Positions 7,278 through 16,551 of a stretch of 20,576 nt of DNA are shown here, in pieces. The DNA is from a virus (Duplodnaviria > Heunggongvirae > Uroviricota > Caudoviricetes), in the IMG/VR virus record IMGVR_UViG_3300045988_110470; one strand, 5' to 3'. The notes under the pieces were generated by a model that was not told the origin of the DNA, made no database searches, and worked only from the letters and a program-made list of their open reading frames with translations. Numbering within the stretch: position 1 is the first letter of the stretch; each line of letters opens with the position of its first letter. Made by a program: the position numbers and the translations under genes.

Positions 7278-7299
7278 AAAAAAGCCGCCCGCAGGCGGC
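7278..7299 (-). terminator. Intrinsic terminator downstream of Q (hairpin GCCGCC-tgcg-GGCGGC followed by a U6 run on the minus strand)
   Basis: 6-bp GC stem 7284-7289/7294-7299 plus A6 at 7278-7283 on plus (U-run on the minus transcript), 6 nt after the Q stop. Confidence 0.6.
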
Positions 7300-7304
7300 G
7301 ATGT

Positions 7305-8339
7305 TCAGCCGTTGTCAGTGTCCAGTGAGTAGTTTTTAAAGCGGATGACCTCCTGACCGAGCCAGCCGTTTATTTCCCGAATCCTGTCCTGTAACGGGAT
7401 AAGCTCATTGCGGACAAAGACCTTTGCCACTTTCTCAATATCACCCAGTGACCCGACGTTCTCCGGCTTGCCGCCCATCAACTGAAAGGGGATGCGGTGC
7501 GCGTCCAGCAGGTCAGCGGCGCTGGCTTTTTTGATATTAAAAAAATCGTCCTTCGTTGCCACTTCACTGAGCGGGATAATTTTTATGCCGTCGGCTTTCC
7601 CCTGTGGGGCATAGAGAAACAGATTTTTAAAGTTATTGCGGCCTTTCGACTTAACCATGTTTTCGCGAAGCATTTCGATATCGTTGCGATCCTGCACGGC
7701 ATCGGTGACGTACATGATGTATCCGGCATGTGCGCCATTTTCGTAATACTTGCGGCGGAACAGCGTGGCCGACTCATTCAGCCAGGCAGAATTAAGGGCG
7801 CTCAGATATTCCGGCAGGCCGTACAACTCCTGATTGATATCCGGCTCCAGCAGGTGAAACACGGAGCCGGGCGTGAAGGCTGTCGGCTCGTTGAAGGACG
7901 GCACCCACCAGTAAACATCCTCCTCCACGCCACGGCGGGTATATTTTGCCGGTGAGGTTTCCAGTCTGATGACCTTACCGGTGGTGCTGTAACGCTTTTC
8001 CAGAAACGCATTACCGAACACCAGAAAATCCAGCACAAAGCGGCTGAAATCCTGCTGGGAAAGCCACGGATGCGGGATAAATGTCGAGGCCAGAATATTA
8101 CGTTTGACGTAAATCGGTGAGCTGTGATGCACGGCAGCACGCAGGCTTTTTGCCAGACCGGTAAAGCTGACCGGTGGCTCATACCATCTGCCGTTACTGA
8201 TGCACTCGACGTAATCCAGAATGTCACGGCGGTCGAGTACCGGCACCGGCTCACCAAAGGTGAATGCCTCCATTTTCGGGGCGCTGGCGGTCATTGTTTT
8301 CACCGCTGGCTGCGGTGTTTTCCCTTTTTTCTTGCTCAT
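7305..8339 (-). CDS. Q: Portal protein, P2 gpQ-like (344 aa)
   Basis: 344 aa as in P2 Q; divergent from O; start overlaps the P stop (ATGA). Confidence 0.92.
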   Translation of the reverse strand: MSKKKGKTPQPAVKTMTASAPKMEAFTFGEPVPVLDRRDILDYVECISNGRWYEPPVSFTGLAKSLRAAVHHSSPIYVKRNILASTFIPHPWLSQQDFSRFVLDFLVFGNAFLEKRYSTTGKVIRLETSPAKYTRRGVEEDVYWWVPSFNEPTAFTPGSVFHLLEPDINQELYGLPEYLSALNSAWLNESATLFRRKYYENGAHAGYIMYVTDAVQDRNDIEMLRENMVKSKGRNNFKNLFLYAPQGKADGIKIIPLSEVATKDDFFNIKKASAADLLDAHRIPFQLMGGKPENVGSLGDIEKVAKVFVRNELIPLQDRIREINGWLGQEVIRFKNYSLDTDNG

Positions 8340-10111
8340 CAGTAAAACTCCAGAATGGTGGATGTCAGCGGGGTGCTGATACCGGCGGTGAGTGGCTCAT
8401 TTAACAGGGCGTGCATGGTCGCCCAGGCGAGGTCGGCGTGGCTGGCTTCCTCGCTGCGGCTGGCCTCATAGGTGGCGCTGCGTCCGCTGCTGGTCATGGT
8501 CTTGCGGATAGCCATAAACGAGCTGGTGATGTCGGTGGCGCTGACGTCATATTCCAGACAGCCACGGCGGATAACGTCTTTTGCCTTGAGCACCATTGCG
8601 GTTTTCATTTCCGGTGTGTAGCGGATATCGCGCGCGGCGGGATAGAACGAGCGCACGAGCTGGAACACGCCGACACCGAGGCCGGTGGCATCAATACCGA
8701 TGTATTCGACGTTGTATTTCTCGGTGAGTTTGCGGATGGATTCCGCCTGAGTGGCAAAGTCCATGCCTTTCCACTGGTGACGCTCAAGTATCCTGAATTT
8801 GCCACCGGCCACCACCGGCGGTGCCAGCACCACGCATCCGGCGCTGTCGCCACGGTGTGACGGGTCGTAACCAATCCAGACCGGGCGGGAGCCGAACGGA
8901 TTGGCGGCAAACGGCGCATAGTCTTCCCATTCTTCCAGCGTGTCGACCATGCAGCGTTGCAGCTCCTCGAACGGGAACACCGACGCCTTGTCGTCAACAA
9001 ATTCACACATGAACAGGTTTTTAAAATCGTCGGCGCTGTTTTCACGTTTGAGCTGCTCAATGTCGAACAGCGTGCAGCCGCCTTTCAGGGCGTCCTCAAT
9101 GGTGACAATCTGCCGCCACTGGCCGTCCGCACAGAGAAGACCTCCGGCAAGGGCGTTATGACTGACGTCGATTTCCACGCGTTCGGCGGCGCTGGCGCGT
9201 CCCCGGTTGAACAGTTCACCCGACCAGAATGGGTAGGCGTCGTGCGCCAGCGTGGACGGGGTGGAGAAATAGGTCGAGCGCAGGTGGCTCTGTGAGGCCA
9301 TACCTGATGCCACCTTACGCAGTACCTGAAAATTCGGGATCCAGAAAATCTCGTCGACGTACAGGTCGCCGTTATGGCTCTGCGCGGTGTTGGAGTTGGT
9401 GCCGAGAAAAATCAGTTTTGCGCCGTTATTGCCCAGGACAATCGGGTCACCGGTCAGGTCAACGTCAACCAGACGGGCAAAGGCGATGATGTATTCGCGG
9501 AACACATACGCCTGCGTTTTACTGGCCGACAGAAAAATCTGGTTATGACCGGTTTTCAGGGCGCGCAGCAGCGCCTCGCGGGAAAAATAAAACGTCGCGC
9601 CAATCTGGCGGGATTTCAGGATATCGCGGATGCGGTGCTCAAGCCCGGCACGATACCAGTGCAGCTGATAGTCGAAAGACTGCTCAAAGAAAATCTGCTC
9701 CAGCTTTTCGATGGCCTCGTCACTGAAAAAATTCTTTTTCGGTTTGCGCCGTCCGCCTTTGTTGCGGTTAGCGACGTTCGGATTAAGGTCTGCCTCGTTG
9801 CCGGTCTGACTGTAACGGTTGACCCGTGCCAGTCGTTCAATCTGGCGTCCGAGCAGGTCAATTTCCTTGAAGTCACCGCCGGTTTTCTGCGGTTTGATGA
9901 TGAGCTGGGTCAGCCGCGCTTCCAGACTCATTTCGACACGGCTGATGGGGGCAACGCTGTCCCAGCCGTCGCGCTGTTTCCAGCTCTGCACCGTCGGGCG
10001 TTTCATCTGCAACATGGCGGCAATCTGCGGCACGGAAAATCCCTGCCAGTACAGCAGCGCCGCCTGACGACGCGGGTCGTGTAAAAGAGTGGTGTCTGTG
10101 GTGATGGTCAT
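8339..10111 (-). CDS. P: Terminase large (ATPase) subunit, P2 gpP-like (590 aa from the first ATG)
   Basis: 590 aa as in P2 P; ATG 10111 with GGCGAGG SD; the track start at 10141 is TTG. Confidence 0.9.
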   Translation of the reverse strand: MTITTDTTLLHDPRRQAALLYWQGFSVPQIAAMLQMKRPTVQSWKQRDGWDSVAPISRVEMSLEARLTQLIIKPQKTGGDFKEIDLLGRQIERLARVNRYSQTGNEADLNPNVANRNKGGRRKPKKNFFSDEAIEKLEQIFFEQSFDYQLHWYRAGLEHRIRDILKSRQIGATFYFSREALLRALKTGHNQIFLSASKTQAYVFREYIIAFARLVDVDLTGDPIVLGNNGAKLIFLGTNSNTAQSHNGDLYVDEIFWIPNFQVLRKVASGMASQSHLRSTYFSTPSTLAHDAYPFWSGELFNRGRASAAERVEIDVSHNALAGGLLCADGQWRQIVTIEDALKGGCTLFDIEQLKRENSADDFKNLFMCEFVDDKASVFPFEELQRCMVDTLEEWEDYAPFAANPFGSRPVWIGYDPSHRGDSAGCVVLAPPVVAGGKFRILERHQWKGMDFATQAESIRKLTEKYNVEYIGIDATGLGVGVFQLVRSFYPAARDIRYTPEMKTAMVLKAKDVIRRGCLEYDVSATDITSSFMAIRKTMTSSGRSATYEASRSEEASHADLAWATMHALLNEPLTAGISTPLTSTILEFY

Positions 10112-10284
10112 GAATACCTCGCCGTGATGAATACACGGCAAGGCTACTGAGTCGCGCCCCGCGATTCGCTAAGGTGCTGTTGTGTCAGTGATAAGCCATC
10201 CGGGACTGATGGCGGAGGATGCGTATCGTCGGGAAACTGATGCCGACATGTGACTCCTCTAATCACTATTCAGGACTCCTGACA
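10112..10284. promoter_or_regulatory. Divergent late-promoter region between P (minus) and O (plus)
   Basis: Inferred from the divergent gene arrangement; P2 late promoters are Ogr-activated; direct repeat GACTCCT (10249-10255 and 10273-10279) seen; no canonical Ogr site identified. Confidence 0.45.
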
Positions 10285-11139
10285 ATGGCAAAAAAAGTCT
10301 CAAAATTCTTTCGTATCGGCGTTGAGGGTGACACCTGTGACGGGCGTGTCATCAGTGCGCAGGATATTCAGGAAATGGCCGAAACCTTTGACCCGCGAGT
10401 CTATGGTTGCCGCATTAACCTGGAACATCTGCGCGGCATCCTGCCTGACGGTATTTTTAAGCGTTATGGCGATGTGGTTGAACTGAAGGCCGAAAAGATT
10501 GACGACGATTCGGCGCTGAAAGGCAAATGGGCGCTGTTTGCGAAAATCACCCCGACCGATGACCTTATCGCGATGAACAAGGCCGCGCAGAAGGTCTATA
10601 CCTCAATGGAAATTCAGCCGAATTTTGCCAACACCGGCAAATGTTATCTGGTGGGTCTGGCCGTCACCGATGACCCGGCAAGCCTCGGCACGGAATACCT
10701 GGAATTCTGCCGCACGGCAAAACACAACCCCCTGAACCGCTTCAAATTAAGCCCTGAAAACCTGATTTCAGTGGCAACGCCTGTTGAGCTGGAATTTGAA
10801 GACCTGCCTGAAACCGTGTTCACCGCCCTGACCGAAAAGGTGAAATCCATTTTTGGCCGCAAACAGGCCAGCGATGACGCCCGCCTGAATGATGTGCATG
10901 AAGCGGTGACCGCTGTTGCTGAACATGTGCAGGAAAAACTGAGCGCCACTGAGCAGCGCATCGCAGAAATGGAAACCGCCTTTTGTGCACTTAAGCAGGA
11001 GGTGACTGACAAGGCGGATGAAACCAGCCAGGCATTCAGCCGCCTGAAAAACAGTCTCGACCACACCGAAAGTCTGACCCAGCAGCGCCGCAGCAAGGCC
11101 ACCGGCGGTGGCGGTGATGCCCTGATGACGAACTGCTGA
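10285..11139 (+). CDS. O: Capsid scaffolding protein, P2 gpO-like (284 aa)
   Basis: Start MAKKVSKFF gives 284 aa as in P2 O; the upstream in-frame ATG at 10219 has an SD directly abutting it and is unlikely to be used. Confidence 0.85.
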   Translation: MAKKVSKFFRIGVEGDTCDGRVISAQDIQEMAETFDPRVYGCRINLEHLRGILPDGIFKRYGDVVELKAEKIDDDSALKGKWALFAKITPTDDLIAMNKAAQKVYTSMEIQPNFANTGKCYLVGLAVTDDPASLGTEYLEFCRTAKHNPLNRFKLSPENLISVATPVELEFEDLPETVFTALTEKVKSIFGRKQASDDARLNDVHEAVTAVAEHVQEKLSATEQRIAEMETAFCALKQEVTDKADETSQAFSRLKNSLDHTESLTQQRRSKATGGGGDALMTNC

Positions 11140-11197
11140 CCGTCGTCAGTCAGTCCGGGAAAACCTTCACGATTAACCCTTAATTTCAGGAAAAACT

Positions 11198-12271
11198 ATG
11201 CGCCAGGAAACCCGCTTTAAATTTAATGCCTACCTGTCCCGTGTTGCCGAGCTGAACGGCATCGACGCCGGTGATGTGTCGAAAAAATTCACCGTTGAAC
11301 CATCGGTCACCCAGACCCTGATGAACACCATGCAGGAGTCCTCTGACTTTCTGACCCGCATCAACATTGTGCCGGTCAGCGAAATGAAAGGGGAAAAAAT
11401 TGGCATCGGTGTCACCGGCTCCATCGCCAGCACCACCGACACCGCCGGTGGCACCGAGCGTCAGCCGAAGGACTTCTCGAAGCTGGCGTCCAACAAGTAC
11501 GAATGCGACCAGATTAACTTCGATTTTTATATCCGCTACAAAACGCTTGACCTGTGGGCGCGTTATCAGGATTTCCAGCTCCGTGTCCGTAACGCCATTA
11601 TCAAACGCCAGTCCCTTGATTTAATCATGGCCGGTTTTAACGGCGTGAAGCGTGCCGAAACTTCTGACCGCAGCAGCAATCCGATGTTGCAGGATGTGGC
11701 GGTCGGCTGGTTGCAGAAATACCGCAATGAAGCCCCGGCGCGCGTGATGAGCAAGGTCACTGACGAGGAAGGGCACACCACCTCTGAGGTTATCCGCGTG
11801 GGTAAGGGCGGCGATTATGCCAGCCTTGATGCACTGGTGATGGATGCGACCAACAACCTGATCGAACCGTGGTATCAGGAAGACCCTGACCTTGTGGTGA
11901 TAGTGGGACGTCAGTTACTGGCGGACAAGTATTTCCCCATCGTCAACAAGGAGCAGGACAACAGCGAGATGCTGGCCGCTGACGTCATCATCAGCCAGAA
12001 ACGCATCGGCAACCTGCCAGCGGTACGCGTCCCGTACTTCCCGGCGGATGCGATGCTCATCACGAAGCTGGAAAACCTGTCCATCTACTACATGGATGAC
12101 AGCCATCGCCGCGTGATTGAGGAAAACCCGAAACTCGACCGCGTGGAGAACTACGAGTCAATGAACATTGATTACGTGGTGGAGGACTACGCCGCCGGTT
12201 GTCTGGTGGAAAAAATTAAGGTCGGTGATTTCTCCACACCGGCTAAAGCGACCGCAGAGCCGGGAGCGTAA
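11198..12271 (+). CDS. N: Major capsid protein, P2 gpN-like (357 aa)
   Basis: 357 aa as in P2 N; AGGA SD; position after O. Confidence 0.92.
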   Translation: MRQETRFKFNAYLSRVAELNGIDAGDVSKKFTVEPSVTQTLMNTMQESSDFLTRINIVPVSEMKGEKIGIGVTGSIASTTDTAGGTERQPKDFSKLASNKYECDQINFDFYIRYKTLDLWARYQDFQLRVRNAIIKRQSLDLIMAGFNGVKRAETSDRSSNPMLQDVAVGWLQKYRNEAPARVMSKVTDEEGHTTSEVIRVGKGGDYASLDALVMDATNNLIEPWYQEDPDLVVIVGRQLLADKYFPIVNKEQDNSEMLAADVIISQKRIGNLPAVRVPYFPADAMLITKLENLSIYYMDDSHRRVIEENPKLDRVENYESMNIDYVVEDYAAGCLVEKIKVGDFSTPAKATAEPGA

Positions 12272-12274
12272 CCG

Positions 12275-13018
12275 ATGACGAGTCCCGCACAGCGCCACAT
12301 GATGCGGGTCTCGGCAGCGATGACCGCGCAGCGGGAAGCCGCCCCGCTGCGACATGCAACTGTCTATGAGCAGATGCTGGTCAAGCTGGCCGCAGACCAG
12401 CGCACACTGAAAGCGATTTATTCAAAAGAGCTGAAGGCCGCGAAAAAACGCGAACTGCTGCCGTTCTGGTTGCCGTGGGTGAACGGCGTGCTGGAGCAGG
12501 GCAAAGGTGCACAGGATGACATTCTGATGACGGTCATGCTGTGGCGTCTGGATACCGGCGATATTGCCGGTGCGCTGGAGATTGCCCGTTATGCCCTGAA
12601 GTACGGTCTGACCATGCCGGGTAAACACCGCCGCACCCCGCCGTACATGTTCACCGAGGAGGTGGCGCTCGCGGCCATGCGTGCTCACGCTGCCGGTGAG
12701 TCTGTGGATACCCGCCTGCTGACGGAGACCCTTGAACTGACCGCCACGGCTGACATGCCTGATGAAGTGCGCGCAAAGCTGCACAAAATCACCGGTCTGT
12801 TTCTGCGTGATGGTGGTGATGCCGCCGGTGCGCTGGCTCACCTGCAACGTGCGACACAGCTCGACTGTCAGGCAGGCGTCAAAAAAGAGATTGAACGACT
12901 GGAGCGGGAGCTGAAACCGAAGCCGGAGCCGCAGCCCAAAGCGGCCACCCGTACCCCGCGTAAGACCCGGAGCGTGACACCGGCAAAACGTGGACGCCCG
13001 AAAAAGAAAGCCAGTTAA
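12275..13018 (+). CDS. M: Terminase small/endonuclease subunit, P2 gpM-like (247 aa)
   Basis: 247 aa as in P2 M; basic C-terminal tail; GGGAG SD. Confidence 0.88.
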   Translation: MTSPAQRHMMRVSAAMTAQREAAPLRHATVYEQMLVKLAADQRTLKAIYSKELKAAKKRELLPFWLPWVNGVLEQGKGAQDDILMTVMLWRLDTGDIAGALEIARYALKYGLTMPGKHRRTPPYMFTEEVALAAMRAHAAGESVDTRLLTETLELTATADMPDEVRAKLHKITGLFLRDGGDAAGALAHLQRATQLDCQAGVKKEIERLERELKPKPEPQPKAATRTPRKTRSVTPAKRGRPKKKAS

Positions 13019-13117
13019 CAACCGAATGCGCCCCGCGCCAGGGCGGCACGCCGGTCAGTGAGGGTGAATCACCTGACGCTGTACCGGCGTCCACCGCCCG
13101 ACTTTTCAGAGGTAGTC

Positions 13118-13627
13118 ATGATGACGCTGATTATTCCGCGAAAGGAGGCTCCCGTGTCCGGTGAGGGTACGGTGGTCATCCCGCAACCGGCAGGCGACGA
13201 GCCGGTGATTAAAAACACGTTCTTTTTTCCCGATATCGACCCGAAGCGCGTCCGGGAACGTATGCGCCTTGAGCAGACCGTCGCCCCCGCCCGTCTGCGT
13301 GAGGCCATCAAGTCAGGCATGGCTGAAACGAATGCGGAGCTGTATGAGTACCGCGAACAGAAAATTGCCGCCGGTTTTACGCGTCTGGCGGACGTTCCGG
13401 CGGACGACATCGACGGTGAAAGCATCAAAGTTTTTTACTACGAGCGCGCCGTGTGTGCGATGGCGACCGCGTCGCTTTATGAGCGTTATCGCGGCGTGGA
13501 TGCCAGTGCGAAAGGCGACAAGAAGGCCGACAGCATTGACAGCACCATTGATGAACTGTGGCGGGATATGCGCTGGGCGGTGGCGCGTATCCAGGACAAG
13601 CCGCGCTGCATCGTGAGTCAAATCTGA
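13118..13627 (+). CDS. L: Head completion protein, P2 gpL-like (169 aa)
   Basis: ATG 13118 with GAGG SD gives 169 aa as in P2 L; the track start at 13058 is GTG. Confidence 0.85.
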   Translation: MMTLIIPRKEAPVSGEGTVVIPQPAGDEPVIKNTFFFPDIDPKRVRERMRLEQTVAPARLREAIKSGMAETNAELYEYREQKIAAGFTRLADVPADDIDGESIKVFYYERAVCAMATASLYERYRGVDASAKGDKKADSIDSTIDELWRDMRWAVARIQDKPRCIVSQI

Positions 13628-13830
13628 TGAAGACCTTTGCGCTACAGGGCGACACGCTCGACGCCATTTGTGTCCGCTATTACGGGCGCACTGAGGGCGT
13701 GGTCGAGGCCGTGCTCGCCGCAAATCCGGGACTGGCTGAACTGGGGGCGGTGCTGCCACACGGCACCGCCGTCGAACTGCCCGACGTTCAGACCGCGCCC
13801 GTGGCTGAAACTGTCAATCTGTGGGAGTAA
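13627..13830 (+). CDS. X: Tail protein X-like (67 aa)
   Basis: ATG overlapping the L stop (TGATG); 67 aa as in P2 X. Confidence 0.8.
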   Translation: MKTFALQGDTLDAICVRYYGRTEGVVEAVLAANPGLAELGAVLPHGTAVELPDVQTAPVAETVNLWE

Positions 13831-13833
13831 CGC

Positions 13834-14115
13834 ATGACAGCAGAAGAAAAAAGCGTCCTGTCGCTTTTCATGATTGGGGTGCTGATTGTTGTCGGCAAGG
13901 TGCTTGCCGGTGGTGAACCCATCACCCCGCGTCTGTTTATCGGGCGCATGTTGCTCGGTGGTTTTGTCTCGATGGTTGCCGGTGTTGTTCTGGTGCAGTT
14001 TCCTGACCTGTCACTGCCTGCGGTGTGCGGTATCGGCTCCATGCTGGGTATCGCCGGTTATCAGGTGATTGAGATTGCCATTCAGCGCCGCTTTAAGGGC
14101 AGGGGGAAACCGTAA
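13834..14115 (+). CDS. Y: Holin, P2 gpY-like (93 aa)
   Basis: 93 aa with hydrophobic transmembrane stretches and a charged C-terminus; immediately upstream of the endolysin. Confidence 0.88.
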   Translation: MTAEEKSVLSLFMIGVLIVVGKVLAGGEPITPRLFIGRMLLGGFVSMVAGVVLVQFPDLSLPAVCGIGSMLGIAGYQVIEIAIQRRFKGRGKP

Positions 14116-14612
14116 TGCCGGTAATTAACACGCATCAGAATATCGCCGCCTTTCTCGACATGCTGGCCGTGTCCGAAGGGACGGCGAACCATCCGCTGAC
14201 GAAAAACCGGGGCTATGACGTGATAGTCACCGGACTGGACGGGAAGCCGGAAATCTTCACCGACTACAGTGACCACCCGTTCGCACATGGTCGACCGGCG
14301 AAGGTGTTTAACCGTCGCGGTGAAAAATCCACGGCCTCCGGTCGCTATCAGCAGCTTTACCTGTTCTGGCCGCATTACCGCAAACAGCTTGCCCTGCCGG
14401 ATTTCAGTCCGTTGTCACAGGACAGACTCGCCATTCAGTTGATCCGCGAACGCGGTGCGCTGGATGACATCCGGGCGGGACGCATTGAGCGCGCCATTTC
14501 ACGCTGTCGCAATATCTGGGCGTCCCTGCCGGGTGCCGGTTACGGTCAGCGTGAGCATTCACTGGAAAAACTGGTCACCGTCTGGCGTACCGCCGGCGGC
14601 GTACCGGCTTAA
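14115..14612 (+). CDS. K: Endolysin, P2 gpK-like (165 aa)
   Basis: 165 aa as in P2 K; start overlaps the Y stop (TAATG); sits in the lysis cassette. Confidence 0.88.
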   Translation: MPVINTHQNIAAFLDMLAVSEGTANHPLTKNRGYDVIVTGLDGKPEIFTDYSDHPFAHGRPAKVFNRRGEKSTASGRYQQLYLFWPHYRKQLALPDFSPLSQDRLAIQLIRERGALDDIRAGRIERAISRCRNIWASLPGAGYGQREHSLEKLVTVWRTAGGVPA

Positions 14613-14626
14613 ACGGAGTAAATACC

Positions 14627-15052
14627 ATGAAGAAATTATCCCTTTCACTGATGCTGAACGTGTCGCTGGCGCTGATGCTGGCACTGTCCCTGATTTACCC
14701 GCAGAGCGTGGCCGTCAATTTTGTCGCCGCCTGGGCGATTCTGGTGACGGTTATCTGTGTGGTTGCCGGTGGTGTCGGCGTGTATGCCACTGAGTATGTG
14801 CTGGAACGCTACGGGCGGGAGCTGCCGCCGGAATCGCTGGCCGTGAAGATTGTCACGGCGCTGTTTTTGCAGCCGGTGCCGTGGCGCAGGCGGTCAGTGG
14901 CTCTGGTAGTGATGGTGGCGACGTTTATCTCGCTGGTCGCTGCCGGGTGGATTTTTACTGCGCTGATTTATCTTGTGGCGTCGCTGTTTTTCCGGCTGAT
15001 ACGTACGGCCTGCCGTCAGCGTTTTGAGGGGCGGGAACCATGTCAAAGCTGA
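14627..15052 (+). CDS. lysA: Lysis timing membrane protein LysA-like (141 aa)
   Basis: 141 aa, multiple hydrophobic segments; position after K as in P2. Confidence 0.82.
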   Translation: MKKLSLSLMLNVSLALMLALSLIYPQSVAVNFVAAWAILVTVICVVAGGVGVYATEYVLERYGRELPPESLAVKIVTALFLQPVPWRRRSVALVVMVATFISLVAAGWIFTALIYLVASLFFRLIRTACRQRFEGREPCQS

Positions 15053-15465
15053 TGACTGTGCTGGTTGTGTTGTTATCACTGGCGGTGGCCGGTCTGTTTC
15101 TGGTGAAACATAAAAATGCCAGCCTGCGCGCCTCGCTGGACAGGGCGAACAACGTCGCCAGTGAACAGCAGACGACCATCACCATGCTGAAAAATCAGCT
15201 TCATGTTGCGCTCACCAGGGCAGACAAAAACGAGCTGGCGCAGGTGGCTCTGCGTCAGGAACTGGAGAACGCCGCGAAGCGTGAAGCACAGCGCGAGAAA
15301 ACCATCACGAGATTACTCAATGAAAACGAAGATTTTCGCCGCTGGTACGGCGCTGACCTGCCTGATGTTGTGCGCCGGTTGCACCAGCGTCCGGCCTGCA
15401 CCGACGCCAGTGATTGTCGCCAACGCCTGCCCGAAAGTGAGCCTTTGCCCGATGCCGGGCAGTGA
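15040..15465 (+). CDS. lysB: i-spanin (Rz-like), LysB-like (141 aa)
   Basis: N-terminal transmembrane segment followed by a charged coiled-coil-like periplasmic domain; 141 aa as in P2 LysB. Confidence 0.85.
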   Translation: MSKLMTVLVVLLSLAVAGLFLVKHKNASLRASLDRANNVASEQQTTITMLKNQLHVALTRADKNELAQVALRQELENAAKREAQREKTITRLLNENEDFRRWYGADLPDVVRRLHQRPACTDASDCRQRLPESEPLPDAGQ

Positions 15466-15610
15466 CCCGCAGACGAACGGCGATTTAAGTGCTGATATCC
15501 GGCAGCTTGAGAACGCGCTGGCACGCTGTGCCAGCCAGGTAAAAATGATTAAACACTGTCAGGACGAAAACGATGCTCAAACCCGACAGCCTGCGCAGGG
15601 CGCTGACTGA
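15320..15610 (+). CDS. lysC: o-spanin (Rz1-like lipoprotein), LysC-like (96 aa), embedded out of frame in lysB and overlapping R
   Basis: MKTKIFAAGTALTCLMLCAGC signal peptide with lipobox cysteine; proline-rich mature part; 96 aa as in P2 LysC. Confidence 0.8.
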   Translation: MKTKIFAAGTALTCLMLCAGCTSVRPAPTPVIVANACPKVSLCPMPGSDPQTNGDLSADIRQLENALARCASQVKMIKHCQDENDAQTRQPAQGAD

Positions 15611-16040
15611 CGCCGTCACGGTGCTGAAAACCAGTCCCGAGATGCTGCGGATATTCGTGGATAACGGGAGTATTGCCTCCACACTGGCGACGTCTATGTC
15701 ATTCGAAAAGCGTTACACGCTCAATGTGATTGTGACCGACTTTACCGGTGATTTTGACCTGCTCATTGTGCCGGTGCTGGCGTGGCTGCGGGAAAATCAG
15801 CCCGACATCATGACCACCGACGAAGGCCAGAAAAAGGGCTTCACGTTTTATGCAGACATCAACAATGACAGCAGCTTTGATATCAGCATCAGCCTGATGC
15901 TGACCGAGCGCACGCTGGTCAGTGAGGTTGACGGCGCGCTGCATGTGAAGAATATCCCGGAACCTCCGCCGCCGGAGCCGGTTACCCGCCCGATGGAGCT
16001 GTATATCAATGGCGAACTGGTGAGCAAGTGGGATGAATGA
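15573..16040 (+). CDS. R: Tail completion protein R-like (155 aa)
   Basis: 155 aa as in P2 R; AGGA SD; conserved position. Confidence 0.85.
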   Translation: MLKPDSLRRALTDAVTVLKTSPEMLRIFVDNGSIASTLATSMSFEKRYTLNVIVTDFTGDFDLLIVPVLAWLRENQPDIMTTDEGQKKGFTFYADINNDSSFDISISLMLTERTLVSEVDGALHVKNIPEPPPPEPVTRPMELYINGELVSKWDE

Positions 16041-16485
16041 GTTTAGGCGTTTTGAAGACCGGCTGACCGGACTGATTGAGTCGCTGTCACCGTCAGGGCG
16101 TCGGCGACTGAGTGCCGAACTGGCGAAACGTCTGCGGCAGAGTCAGCAGCGTCGGGTGATGGCGCAGAAAGCCCCGGACGGCACACCCTACGCGCCACGT
16201 CAGCAGCAGAGCGTCAGAAAAAAGACCGGTCGTGTTAAGCGAAAAATGTTTGCGAAACTTATCACCAGTCGTTTTTTGCATATCCGCGCCAGCCCGGAGC
16301 AGGCATCAATGGAATTTTACGGCGGGAAGTCGCCGAAAATCGCCAGTGTGCATCAGTTCGGTCTGTCGGAAGAAACCCGGAAAGACGGTAAGAAAATTGA
16401 TTATCCGGCGCGTCCTCTGCTCGGCTTTACCGGTGAGGATGTGCAGATGATTGAAGAGATTATCCTGGCTCACCTCGACCGTTAG
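16033..16485 (+). CDS. S: Tail completion protein S-like (150 aa)
   Basis: 150 aa as in P2 S; start overlaps the R stop. Confidence 0.85.
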   Translation: MNEFRRFEDRLTGLIESLSPSGRRRLSAELAKRLRQSQQRRVMAQKAPDGTPYAPRQQQSVRKKTGRVKRKMFAKLITSRFLHIRASPEQASMEFYGGKSPKIASVHQFGLSEETRKDGKKIDYPARPLLGFTGEDVQMIEEIILAHLDR

Positions 16486-16551
16486 TTGTGCCATTCCCGA
16501 CACCTCATCGTCACATTGCCGCCGGTATGACCCGGCGGCATCCTTCCCGTT

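Noticed and set aside
8411-10136. Numerous overlapping ORFs on both strands within P and Q (e.g. 9374..10084 +, 8605..9060 -, 7802..8257 -, 7497..7955 +)
   Set aside because: Shadow ORFs in high-G+C coding sequence; the P and Q frames match P2 lengths exactly.
10219-10284. Upstream in-frame ATG at 10219 extending O by 22 codons
   Set aside because: GGAGG abuts the ATG with no spacer; the ATG at 10285 gives the 284-aa length expected for gpO.
12422-13021. 199-aa minus-strand ORF antisense to M, and similar antisense ORFs in O, N, L, X and K (10644..11102, 13313..13759, 14082..14375 etc.)
   Set aside because: Antisense to conserved late genes; low-complexity Arg/Gly-rich translations.
2070-13058. 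Track start coordinates 2070, 2792, 3046, 3795, 10141 and 13058
   Set aside because: These first codons are GTG or TTG in the sequence; in each case a downstream ATG with a better-placed Shine-Dalgarno reproduces the expected P2 protein length, so I used the ATG starts.
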